64,000 nt of DNA from Malacoraja senta (Eukaryota). The notes under the pieces were generated by a model, which was given only the letters and a program-made list of their open reading frames with translations, searched no databases and was not told the origin of the DNA. Position numbers and translations under genes: made by a program. Below, piece by piece: positions 23,029 through 34,405 of this stretch. The first letter of the stretch is position 1. Each line of letters begins with the position of its first letter. The stretch is from the NCBI GenBank assembly GCA_038087875.1, contig CM075999.1, positions 3,474,001 to 3,538,000 of the forward strand. Reading direction: 5' to 3'.

Positions 23029-23328
23029 TCTTAAAACTGAGATGAGAAAAAACGTTTTCACCCAGAGACTTGTGAATTTGTGGAATTCTCTGCCACAGAA
23101 GGCAGTAGAGGCCAATTCACTGGATGAATTTAAAAGAGAGTTAGATAGAGCTCCAGGGACTAGCGGAAGCAAGGGGTATGGGGAGAAGGGAAGCACGGGT
23201 TACTGATTGTGGATGATCGCAATGAATGGTGGTGCTGGCTCAAAGGGCCAAATGGCCTCCTCCTGCATATATTTTCTATGTTTCTGTTAAGTGCCACGAA
23301 ACCGAGGAGAAACAGCTCCAGAATATAT

Positions 23329-23465
23329 ATGTTCAAGAAGGAACTGCAGATGCTGGAAAATCGAAGGTAGACAAAACTGCCCCGAACGTCCCGAAACGTT
23401 TGCCTATTTCCCTCGCTCCATAGACGCTGCCGCACCCGCTGAGTTTCTCCAGCAATTTTGTCTAC
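23329..23465. mobile_element. Fold-back PLE-pLTR insertion
   Basis: Flanked by CTCCAGAATAYAT (23316-23328, 23466-23478); inversion at CCCGAAACG. Confidence 0.75.
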
Positions 23466-23906
23466 CTCCAGAATACATCTCCTCTTTAAAGCCCAGGTTT
23501 CCACTCAGGCATGAAGCTCTGCAGTCATTTCTGCCTTTGCTTCTTTCTCCGCTGTGACTCCTCTCATGTGAGACTGACGCTGGAGTGGGAGACCATGATC
23601 TGTGAGCAAACAGTGCAGTCACGAGGCCCCCAGCCTGAAACCTCTCCAAGCTAATGGCCCTCCTTGCCACAGCGGGCCTGTCTCTGACACTCAACACTCT
23701 GGCTGGAAGGCAGCTCCTTGAAATAAAACAACTTCCTACATCTTGCAGTTCTTGTCTTCATGACATGACACGATAGGATATCACACGACACGACGTGATA
23801 CGTCACGATATGATACAACTGCCCAGGAGGGAAATTGATCTGCCAACAGCCATAAAATGACTCTCGAGATTCTCAAGAAACTAAATTAGCTTTTGGGAAG
23901 AATAAA

Positions 23907-24255
23907 GTGGATGTGAAGAGGATGTTTCCACTAGTGGGAGAGTCTAGGACCAGAGGGCACGGCCTCAGAATTAAAGGACATTCCTTTAGGAAGGAGAGGA
24001 GGAGAAATTTCTTTAGTCAGAGGGTGGTGAATCTGTGGAATTCATTGCCACAGACAGCTGTGGAGGTCAAGTCAGTGGATATTTTTAAGGCAGAGATAGA
24101 TAGATTCTTGATTAGTACGGGTGTCAGAGGTTATGGGGAGAAGGCAGGAGAATGGGGTTAGGAAGGAGAGATAGATCAGCCATGATTGAATGGCGAAGTA
24201 GACTTGATGGGCCGAATGGCCTAATCAAGATCCTATCACTTATGAACTTATGAAA
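23907..24255 (+). mobile_element. CR1 3' fragment
   Basis: MFPLVGESRTRGHGL..LWNSLPQ plus 3' UTR. Confidence 0.88.
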
Positions 24256-24971
24256 TGAATCCAAGCGCATATGAGAGTTATGGTGAAGGTGATGAATGAG
24301 AGGAGGGTTGTGGATGATGTCTACATGAACTTTAGTCAGGCATTTGATAACGTCCCCCATGGTAGGCTGATGCAGAAGATCAAATAATGCACAGGACTTT
24401 AATGACTTAGTCGCATGAATTTGGAACTGCCTTACTGATCGAGGAGTTTTGTTTAGTTTAGAGATACAGCATGGAAACAGGCCCTTCAGCCCACCGAGGT
24501 CACGCTGACCAGCGATCACCCATTCACACTAGTTCTATGTTATTCCACTTTCTCATCCACTCCCTACACACCAGTGGCCAATTAACCTACAAACTCACAC
24601 GTGTTTGGGATGTGGGAGGAAACCGGAGCACCTGGAGGAAACCCACACGGTCACTGGGAAAACGTGTAAACTCCACACAGACGATGGGATGCATCACAGC
24701 TTGCTTTGGGAACCTCATTGGTGACCCTCGGACTATCCTTGATTGGACTTTATTCCCTTACCATGTATCTATACACTGTGGACGGTTCGATTGTAATCAT
24801 GTGTTGTCAATCCGCTGAGTGAATATCACTGAACCCGGGTCCCTGGCGCTGTAAGGCAGCAACTCTACCGCTGCGCCACCATGCCTTTACTAAACCATAC
24901 CAAGCTAAATCAAAATTGGAACATATTCCAATAAAATAGGTCAAACACTATATCTCCTAAAACCTGTTGTA

Positions 24972-25250
24972 GGGTGGCACAGTGGCGCAGTAGGTAGAGC
25001 TGCTGCCTCACAGTGCCAGAGAGCAGGGTTCGATCCTGTCCTCAGGTGCTCTCTGTGCGGAGTTTGCACGTTCTCCCTGTGACCGTGTGGGTTTCCCAAG
25101 ACGTGCGGGTTTGTAGGTTTTTTGGCCCTCTGTAAATTGCCCCTAGTGTGTAGGGAGTGGATGGGAAACGTGGGATAAGGTAGAACGAATAGATGGATGG
25201 ATGGCGTGGACTCGGTGGGCCGAAGGGCCTGTTTCCATGCTGTATCTTTC
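24972..25250 (+). mobile_element. HE1-like V-SINE
   Basis: A box TGGCGCAGTAGG, B box GGTTCGATCC, tail. Confidence 0.85.
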
Positions 25251-25738
25251 AATTGACGTAAGCCGTTTGGAAGCATTGAGAGAGAAGATTCCAAACCTAC
25301 ACTAAACAACAATTTTATTGATGCCCAGGAAGCTTCCTGAGAAATAATTCTGGTTTAACAAAGAGTTCGATTTTCAGGGCATGTTACAGAGCGACTTTTT
25401 AATTGTGTCAGGTTGAGGTGACCTGCCTTGATTCAGAGGAAGGGAGCAAGCAGATAGCACAGACCATGGACACAACTGTGTATTGCCCACAGCAAGTTGA
25501 TGGTTTACACATCTTACTGCTGTGTCACGCTGTTACTTTCTCACGATCATGATGATGAACGCAAGGAATACAGCAAGAGTCGCAAATATACAACGGGGTC
25601 ACGTAGAAACCGCGGCGACAAGAGACAAAACGTCACAGGTGCAGGAAGGAACTGCAGATGCTGGTCTCAACTGAAGAAACACACAAAATGCTGGAGTAAC
25701 TCAGCGGGACAGGCAGATTCTGGAGAGAAGGAATGGGT

Positions 25739-25766
25739 GACGTTTCGGGTCGAGGCCCTTCTTCAG
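25739..25766 (-). ncRNA. Minimal hammerhead ribozyme motif (PLE type)
   Basis: Reverse complement reads CTGAAGA A GGG-CCTCGA-CCC GAAAC GTC. Confidence 0.6.
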
Positions 25767-25927
25767 TCGTTTCAGGTCTTTGACTCTTCGTCAGAGCTGG
25801 TGTTACAGATTTCATTGCAAGCAGTGTTCTTGTGTGATGTCAGGTGTGATGTCAGGTGTACTGGCAACTCGAGAAAGTTAGAAATTAGTTTGAAGTTGGT
25901 TTCAGTCTGAAGAAGGCCTGAAGAAGA

Positions 25928-26877
25928 CGACCCTGATCCAGGTAAGCCCAGGTAATAACAGGTAAGACCAGGAACCTAGGTATGGCCAGGTAAGACCAGG
26001 TAAGACTAGGCCCAAGAAGGGTCTCGACCCAAAATGTCATCCATTCCTTCTCTCCAGAGATGCTGCCTGTCCCGCTGAGTTACTCCAGCATTTTGTGTCT
26101 ATCTTTGGTTTAAACCAGCACCTGCAGTTCATTCCTACACAGAAATTGTACATTGCCCTGGTGTGTGTATGATAGTGTCAGTGTGTGGGGCGATTGCTGG
26201 TCGGTGTGGACTCAGTGGGCTGAAGGTCCTGTTTCTGTGCAGTTTCTCTAAAGTCTAAAGATATACCAGAGTGGTGAATACAATTCCATGCCGGACTTTG
26301 TTTTATCGTTGACTGATGGATTCCCCATGACATTGCCTGTAGACGGATTGGTGGCAGGAGCATCATTGTGACGTCTAGCTGACATCTCTTTAATGTCACC
26401 ACTGAGCTACTAAACAAGGTGATTTTCAGAGTCTAATATTAGAAACATGTGGTGCATATTGCATTAACAATACTCTATGGATTTCAGAGATATAATTACA
26501 TAGGACAAAGAACAGTGCAACGCAGGAACAGGCCCTTCGGCCCACAATGTCTGTGCTGAACATGGTGCCAAGGAAGGTCAAGTCAGATGGAGGCACAACA
26601 GCCTGAGGTTTACCTGGGTTTACCTGGCCTTACCTGGCTTACCTGGCCTTATCTGGCCTTATGTGTAAGAAGGAACTGCAGATGCTGGTTTAAACCAAAG
26701 ATAGACACAAAAAGCTGGAGTGACTCAGCGGGACAGGCAGCATCTCTGGAGAGAAGGAATGGATGACATTTCGGGTCGAGACCCTTCTTGGGCCTAGTCT
26801 TACCTGGTCTTACCTGGCCACACCTGGGTTCCTGGTCTTACCTGTTATTACCTGAGCTTTTACCTGGATCAGGGTCG
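25928..26877. repeat. Long inverted repeat: arms of about 215 bp (25928-26141 and 26662-26877), spacer of about 520 bp
   Basis: Both arms consist of a CCAGGTAAG-like mini-array joined to a PLE pLTR at the same junction. Confidence 0.88.
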
Positions 26878-28313
26878 CTCCAGTACATCCAGCATTTGGA
26901 CTTTTTCATTTTCTTTTGTAAAAGGCACTAAAATACGGGGATGGCTGCAAGAATTTCACGATGCAGTGCAAAGACAATGAAGAACCATTGAGAACCATTG
27001 GGACATTTGTTCCCGGAGCACGCTGCAATATAGAATTAGTATTTTTAAAACACATTTAATTAGAACATAGAACAGTACAGCACTGGAACAGGCCCTTCGG
27101 CCCACAATGTCCGTGCTGAACATGATGGCAAGATAAACTAATCTCCGCTACCTGCATGTGAACCATACCCCTCCATCCCCGCATATCCATGTGCCTATCC
27201 ACACCACTATTGTATCTGCCTCCACCGCCACCCCTGGCAATACATTCCAGGCACCCACCACTCTCTCTGTATGTAAAATACTTGCCCCAGAGTTTAGACT
27301 TTAGACTTCAGAGATGCAGCGTGAAAACAGGCCCTTCGGTCCCCGGAGTCCGCATCGACTAGCGATCACCCCGAACACCAACACTATCCTACACACTAGA
27401 GAGCACAGAAACAGGCCCTTCGGTCCAGCGAGTACGTGCCGACCAGCGACCACACATTACACCAACACTATCCTACACACTAGAGACAATTTACAATTTA
27501 CAAAAGCTAATTAACCCACAAACCTGTACAACTTTGAAGTGTGGGTGAAAACCAGAGCACCTGAAGAAAACCCACACAGTCGCCAGAAGATTGTACAAAC
27601 TGCGCACCAACAGCACCCTTGGTCAGGATCGAACCTGTGTCACGGGCGCTGTGCGGCAGCAACTCTACCGCTGCCCTATATCTCCTTTAAGCTTTCCCCC
27701 TCTTTAAACCTTAAAGCCATGAACTCAAGTCTTTGACATTTCCATCCGTGAAAAAGGTTGTGACTGTCTACCGTCTCTGTGCAAGGTGTTATAAGCCTGG
27801 TTACCCAGCATTCCTAACATATTTTGGAATCATTCTTTCAGGTCTCCACTCAACTTGGGAAGTTCCAGAGAAAACAATCGATGTTTGTCCGACCCGGTAT
27901 AGCCAATAAGCTCGAATCCAGCAGCATTCTGGTCAAATCTGGTCAAATTATTGCTTTGTTTGTTGAAATAAAATCATGGGCAAGTTGGGTCGAAGGGACC
28001 AGTTTCTGTGCTGTGTGACTGACTCTAGGGAGGTCATGAATGTGGAAAGGGTGCAGAAGAGATTCAACTGGATATTACTGGGAGTTCAGGATTGAGTTCT
28101 TGGGGGAGGCTGGAAAGGCTTTTATCTTTGGAGTGTAGGAGCCTGAGGGGTGACCTTACTGAAGCAACATGATCACAAGGACATGGATAATGTGAGTGCT
28201 CACCGTATTTTTCCCAAGGGCAGAGGATTGCAAAACTCACATCATGCAGTGAGCCTTACATCAGCGGTAGGAATGCTATAACAAGGCGACCCAGTGGTAG
28301 AGTTGCTGCCTTA

Positions 28314-28842
28314 AGGGCCAGTCCCACTTAGGCGACATTTTAGGCGACAGCCTGAAAGGAGGTTGTCGCGTCGTGGTCGGGTTGTGACGCGGCGTGACGC
28401 GCGGTGACTCCCTGCCGCCCCAGGATTTTGGAATGTTCAAAATCCAGGGGCGACATCTGGGTGCCTCATCATGTCGTGCACCCTGTCACACGCTGACGTG
28501 TGCTGTCCTGCGGGTGACCCCCGGTTAGGGTTTGGGTTAGGGTTAGGGACCACAGATGGGCTGTAAAATATTCTTCCTTCAATGCATGGATTTTAAACAT
28601 TAATATATTAAAATTAATACAATAAATTCAATTGTGCAAATGAAAAGATGTCTGAGTCGTTCAGTTTTATTTACAGATGTACTGGTCTGCTTCCAGATCC
28701 AATCACCGTCTCTAACTTTTCACAGGGATGGATTCAGTGCCCTAACCGGGCGTCACCCGCAGGACAGCATACGTCAGTGTGTATGTCGTACAACTTGATG
28801 GTTTTACGGGCGCCAAAAAAATCGCAAAGTGGGACAGGCCCT
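28314..28842. mobile_element. PIF/Harbinger-type MITE inserted in a V-SINE head
   Basis: TIR AGGGCCAGTCCCACTT / AAGTGGGACAGGCCCT; TTA on the left and GTA on the right; internal inverted repeat 28494-28529 / 28740-28777. Confidence 0.8.
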
Positions 28843-29754
28843 GTACTGCACTCACAGCGCCAGAGACCCAGATTCGATCCTGACTACGGGTGCTGTCTGT
28901 ACGGAGTTTGTATGTTCTCCCCGTGACTTTCTCTGAGAACTTTGGCTTCCACCCACACCGCAAAGACCCAGGTTCATAGGCTTGGTATAAATGTAAAAAA
29001 ATTCCCTAGTGTGCGTAGCATAGTGTTAATGTGCCGGGATTGCTGGTCGGTGTGGACTCGGTGTGGACCCTGTTTCAGCGTTGTATCTCTAAAACTAAAA
29101 CTAATCAACATTTTAAACTGCTCTGTAAAATAGTTGATGGCATTTATTTTTTGCAAGCAGCCAATGCGAATGATCCCAGGCTAAAGACACGTCACAAAAT
29201 GGCACGCTGAAGTGGGGAAAGTCTCACGTGCAATTAGCACCGTCTCACCAGCAGAAATCTTCCCTTCACAAACCATTATCTTCAATTCTTTTTTTCTCAA
29301 AAACACCAAAGGATTAACTAACATTTATTTGCTTGCCGCCAACTACCTAAAATGGGCTCATTATTCTCCTTTAAGTTAAATTATTGTACTTAGCGTTGGA
29401 ATTTCTGTGCTGCTGCATTGGTTCGATATGAAGATTACTGTTCCACAGTGTTATCTTTTAGCATATGGCCTTGGATTTGCCTGTGGCATGTTGCATATAA
29501 ATGAGGCTTCACATGAAAACTGTAAGCGAGGAATTGCAGAGCAACTGAGGACACTCTCGACGCCCGGGTTATTAAACCTTCCTCTCCTGCAGTTATCCAG
29601 CCTTCGCAGTTGGTATTTGCTCTCTGACAGTGCGGAGACGCACCAGCTTTCTTCATCACTGATAGGAGCAGAAACAAAGACTCTTGGACAGGTACATGGA
29701 TGAGAAAGGTTTAGAGGGGAATGGGCCAAAGAAGATAATCAACAGTTTATGTCA

Positions 29755-30085
29755 TAAGTTCATGTGATAGGAGCAGAATAAGACCATTTGGCCCATCAAG
29801 TCTACTCTGCCATTCAATCATGGCTGATCTATCTCTCCCTCATAAACCCATTACCCTGCCTTCTTCCCATTACCCCTGACACCCGTACTAATCAAAAATC
29901 CTTCTATCTCTGCCTTAAAAATACCCACTGACTTGGCCTCCACAGCCATCTGTGGCAATTAATTCCACAGATTCACCACCCTTTGTTGAAAGAAATTCCT
30001 CCTCATCTCCATCCTAAAGGAACGTCCTATAATTCTGAGGCTGTGACTCTCCCACTAGTGGAAACATCCTCTCTACATCCACTCT
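29755..30085 (-). mobile_element. CR1 3' fragment
   Basis: Reverse complement of the subfamily at 23907-24255. Confidence 0.85.
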
Positions 30086-30828
30086 AAACGTTATTCCCTG
30101 GTCATGTATCTATGTGCTGTAAATTGATCAATTGTAATCATGTGTAGGAAGGAACTGCAATCCTTCTCTCCAGAGATGCTGCCTGTCCCAGCTGAGTTAC
30201 TCCAGCATTTTGTTTCTACCTTCAGTTTAAACCAGCATCTGCAGTTCTTTCCTGCACAGAGTGGAGACACTCAGCGGGACAGGCAGCACCTCTGGAGAGA
30301 AGGAATGGGTGACGTTTTGGGTTGAGACCCTTCTTCAGACTGACTAATCTGAACTCTATCCAGGCCTTTCACTCTTCGAGGTTGTTGAGGTGTTGTGGAT
30401 GTCTGTCTGCAGCGACAGTAAAGGCCGAAGTGAGAAGGAACAGAACATGTTCACAATGAATACACCTCAGCTGCAAACTCAAATAAATATGTAGAGTAAT
30501 TGGAAATTATCCGAACAAAATGCCGGTATCTGACACCACTGGGACCTTTAAAAATACCAAATCGCTGAATGTTCCATCGGAGGTTCGCAAACATAAAACA
30601 TGACATTTTTTGCAATATATTTCACGCTCTAATTATTTTAGCTACCTTCGCAACCAATTTGTGCTTGGCGGGAGTATAATAATGATAGGTTCAATCATTT
30701 TAATGATACATATATATTTTAGTGGTCAATAAAATTTCATGGTGCCTGGCTATTTTGGGAACAGCTGATTATTCTGTTCCCAATTGTGCATGGGGCATTA
30801 TGTTCAGCAAAAGAACAAGTTGCTCATG

Positions 30829-32312
30829 AGGGCGGCACAGTAGCGCAGCGGTAAGGTTGCTGCCTTACAGCGTTCACAGCGCCAGAGACCCGGGTTCGAT
30901 CACGACTACGGGCGCTTGTCTGTACGGAGTTTGTACGTTCTCCCCGTGACCTGCGTGGGTTTTCCCCCGAGATCTTCGGTTTCCCCCCACACTCCAAAGA
31001 CGTACAGGCTTGTGGGTTAATTGGCTTGGTGTAAGTGTAAAATGAATGAATGAATGAATAAGTTTATTGGCCAAGTATTCACATACAAGGAATTTGCCTT
31101 GGTGCTCCGCCCGCAAGTGACCACGACATACAGTGACGGTTAGGAATGACACTTAAAACATTAAACATTAATAATAACACATTATTGATTAAACATGTGA
31201 ATTAAATAAAATACCAGAGCAAAAGGAGGCTACAGATGTTTGTTTATTGAGTAGAGCTACTACTCGTGGAGTAGATGTCTCTCGTGTGTGTAGGACGGGC
31301 CGAAGGGCCTGTTTCCGCGATGTATCTCTAAACTAAACTCAGTTCTAAGTCTGGTCGGATTGTTGTAGTTTGTGCTACACTGAAGGAACGTCTGCCAAAG
31401 ACCATCTTGCCACTAGGTGTCACCAGCTTGGATATTTAATGATGCTGCCTTCGTTCAGGATTATCTGGCGAAGAAATAATTAAATTGTGCTTACAGAAGA
31501 TTGAACATCGAAGAGTACCGCACAGGAACAGGCCCTTCGGCCCACAGTGTCTGTGCCGAACACGATGCTAAGGTCAACCATTATCTGCCTGCCTATAAAC
31601 CATATCCTTCCAATCCCTGCGCTTATACAAACATACCATTTATGTAGTTTTGTATTAAATCTTGAAACACTCAATTAATGGACGGCCCGGTGGCACAGCG
31701 GGGGAGTTGCTGCCTTACAGCGCATTCAGCAACAGAGACACGGGTTCGATCCTGACTACAGGTGCTGTCTGTGCGGAGTTTGTACGTTCTCCCCGTGACC
31801 GCGTGGGTTTTCTCTGAGATCTTCGGTTTCCTCACACACTACACAGGTTTGTAGGTTAATTGACTTGGTACAAATGTAAATTGTCCCTAGTGTGTGTAGG
31901 ATAGTGTTAGCGTTCGGGGATTGTTGGTCAATGCGGACTCAGTGGACTGAGTTTCCACGATGTATCTCTAAACTAAACTAAACTAAATCAATTAATGGGC
32001 GGCACAGTGGCGCAGCGGGTTGAGCTGCTGCCTCAGAGGGCCAGAGATCCTGACCTCGGATGCTGTCTGTGTGGAGTTTGCACGCTCTCCCTGTGGCCGC
32101 TTGGGTTTTCTCCAGGTGCTACATGTCCTCCTACATCCCAAAGACGTGCAGGTTTGTAGGTTAATCAGCCCTCTGTAAATTACCCCCTGGTGTGTAGGGA
32201 GTGGATGAGAAAGTGGGATAACATAGAACCAGTGTAAACGGGTGATCGATGGTTAGCGTTGACTCAGTGGGCCGAAGGGCCTGCCTCCATGCTGTGTCCT
32301 TCAACCATTTAA
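30829..32312 (+). mobile_element. Cluster of three HE1-like V-SINEs (about 30829-31340, 31680-31987, 31997-32312)
   Basis: Three tRNA-like heads with V-domains; the first is interrupted by another repeat tail at about 31043-31270. Confidence 0.88.
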
Positions 32313-32710
32313 TCAATTATGGCTAGTCCATATGGTGCTGCAGAACAAATTTCCATTCCTCAAATATTTTCAATGAAAGAGAATTTTAGACACATTTTTT
32401 ATCGTTTCTTTGTCTTTCGTTTTTATTGAAATTCTTGCGTAATTTTTGATCTACTCTTTGTGGTGGGGGCAATATCAAGGACTGCGGTGGGAAACTCCTG
32501 ATGCAGGAGAAGTGTTCCCCATGTTGGGGGAGTCCAGAACCCAGGGTCTCAGTTTAAGAATAAGGGGTAGGCCATTTAGGACAGACATGAGGAAAAACAT
32601 TTTCGCCCAGAGAGTTGTGAATCTGTGGAATTCTCTGCCTCAGAAGGCAGTGGAGGCCAATTCACATTGAATAATTGTAAATTGTCCCAAGTGTGTGTAG
32701 GATAGTGTTA

Positions 32711-33444
32711 AAGCCCTGTCCCACGGTACGAGTTCATTCAAGAGCTCTCCCGAGTTAAAAAAAACAAACACTCGTGGTAAGCACGTAGAATGAACGTAGC
32801 GGGTACGTCGGAGCTCGGGGATGTCTCTTAGCGGCTCGTAACGCTAACGNNNNNNNNNNNNNNNNNNNNNNNNNNNNNNNNNNNNNNNNNNNNNNNNNNN
32901 NNNNNNNNNNNNNNNNNNNNNNNNNNNNNNNNNNNNNNNNNNNNNNNNNNNNNNNNNNNNNNNNNNNNNNNNNNNNNNNNNNNNNNNNNNNNNNNNNNNN
33001 NNNNNNNNNNNNNNNNNNNNNNNNNNNNNNNNNNNNNNNNNNNNNNNNNCCCATTTTTTGGCATATACCCATCTCCCCACAGATGAGGACTGTCAAGCAG
33101 CAACCCCTGGTGACCTTGCCCGCCACCCAAAAAAAAAATCAAGGTCGAGGTGACCTGCAACCTCCTACCACCTCCCGTGCATATGTTGAAAACCTTCCTC
33201 GACTATGAAGAAAACCGGCTTCGACTAGCCCTGCGACTAAAGAATTATCGATATTTTCAGTCGAGGACGGTTTTAATCATGATGAAAAAATAGCAGCAAT
33301 CTAGATGAAGCCTCGACCACACGGAAACCACTTTCGACCATTAGGGAGAGTGACCAAAACCTCCTGTGACCTCATGGAAACCTGGGGTGGTGGGCAAGGT
33401 CACCAGAGGTTGCTGTTTAGGTCTCCTAAGTGGGACAGGCTCTT
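32711..33444. mobile_element. Harbinger-type element ends on either side of the gap
   Basis: TTA-AAGCCCTGTCCCAC on the left, GTGGGACAGGCTCTT on the right; the two ends may belong to different copies. Confidence 0.6.
32850..33049. other. Assembly gap (200 N)
   Basis: Run of exactly 200 N. Confidence 1.
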
Positions 33445-34405
33445 GGAAGATTGTAAAAGTAGACAGCAGAATGTGGATCAGCCTCAGAAATGGCAGGTGG
33501 AGTTTAATCCGAGCAAGTGTGAGGTGTTGCACTTTGGGAGGTTGAATGTAAGAGAATAATATACAGTGAATGATAATACCATTTGACGGCACTGGGCCTG
33601 TACTCACTGGAGTTTAATGATGGGGGACCTCATTGAAACTTACCGAAGAGTGAAAGGTTTGGATAGAATGGTTGTGGGGAGGATGTTTCTACTAGTGGAA
33701 GAGTCTAGGACATTCCTCTAGGAAGGAGATAAGGAGGAATTTCTTTAGTCAGAGGTAGTGAATCGGTGGAATTCTTTGCCACAGAAGGCTGTGGAGGCCG
33801 TCAATTAAAATTGACGGACTCCACAGATGTGGAGATGGATAGATTCTGGATTAGTACGGGTTTCAAGGGTTATGGGGAGAAGGCAGGAGAATGGGGTGAG
33901 AGATAAATCAGACATGATAGAATGGCAGTAGACTTGATGGGCCAAATGATCTAATTCTGCTCCTATCACTTATGAAATGGGACTAGAACAATTAGGCACC
34001 AGGGCTGGCATGGATGTTGGGCTGAAGGGCCTGTTTCTGTGCAGTACAGCTTCATAATCACAATTCTAAGTCCATGGTGGCTTCACGTTTTATAATCTTG
34101 TTGCGATTCCCATCTAAATCCTTGGCAGTAAATTTCACAAAACTAAAATTCGCTACGTCACCTGAAGGATGGTTTCGTTTTTTTGATTAGTAACTCCAGA
34201 CTATTGATTTTATGCAAGGAACTATATTTTGTTGGATGTGGGGGAGACTAATGCTTGCAGGTAATACAATGCAGGAGAAAGTTTAAAGTTTAAATATGAA
34301 TGTAATTGCTTGTGGCAGGCAGAGAGGCCAGAGAGGCCAGAGAGGAGCATGGGGATGAGGGCTGAGCCCGTGGCTAAGCCTGGCTGTGGGAGGAGCTAGA
34401 CACCT

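Noticed and set aside
28523..28548. Interstitial telomere or chromosome fusion site
   Set aside because: Only about four imperfect units, located inside a MITE
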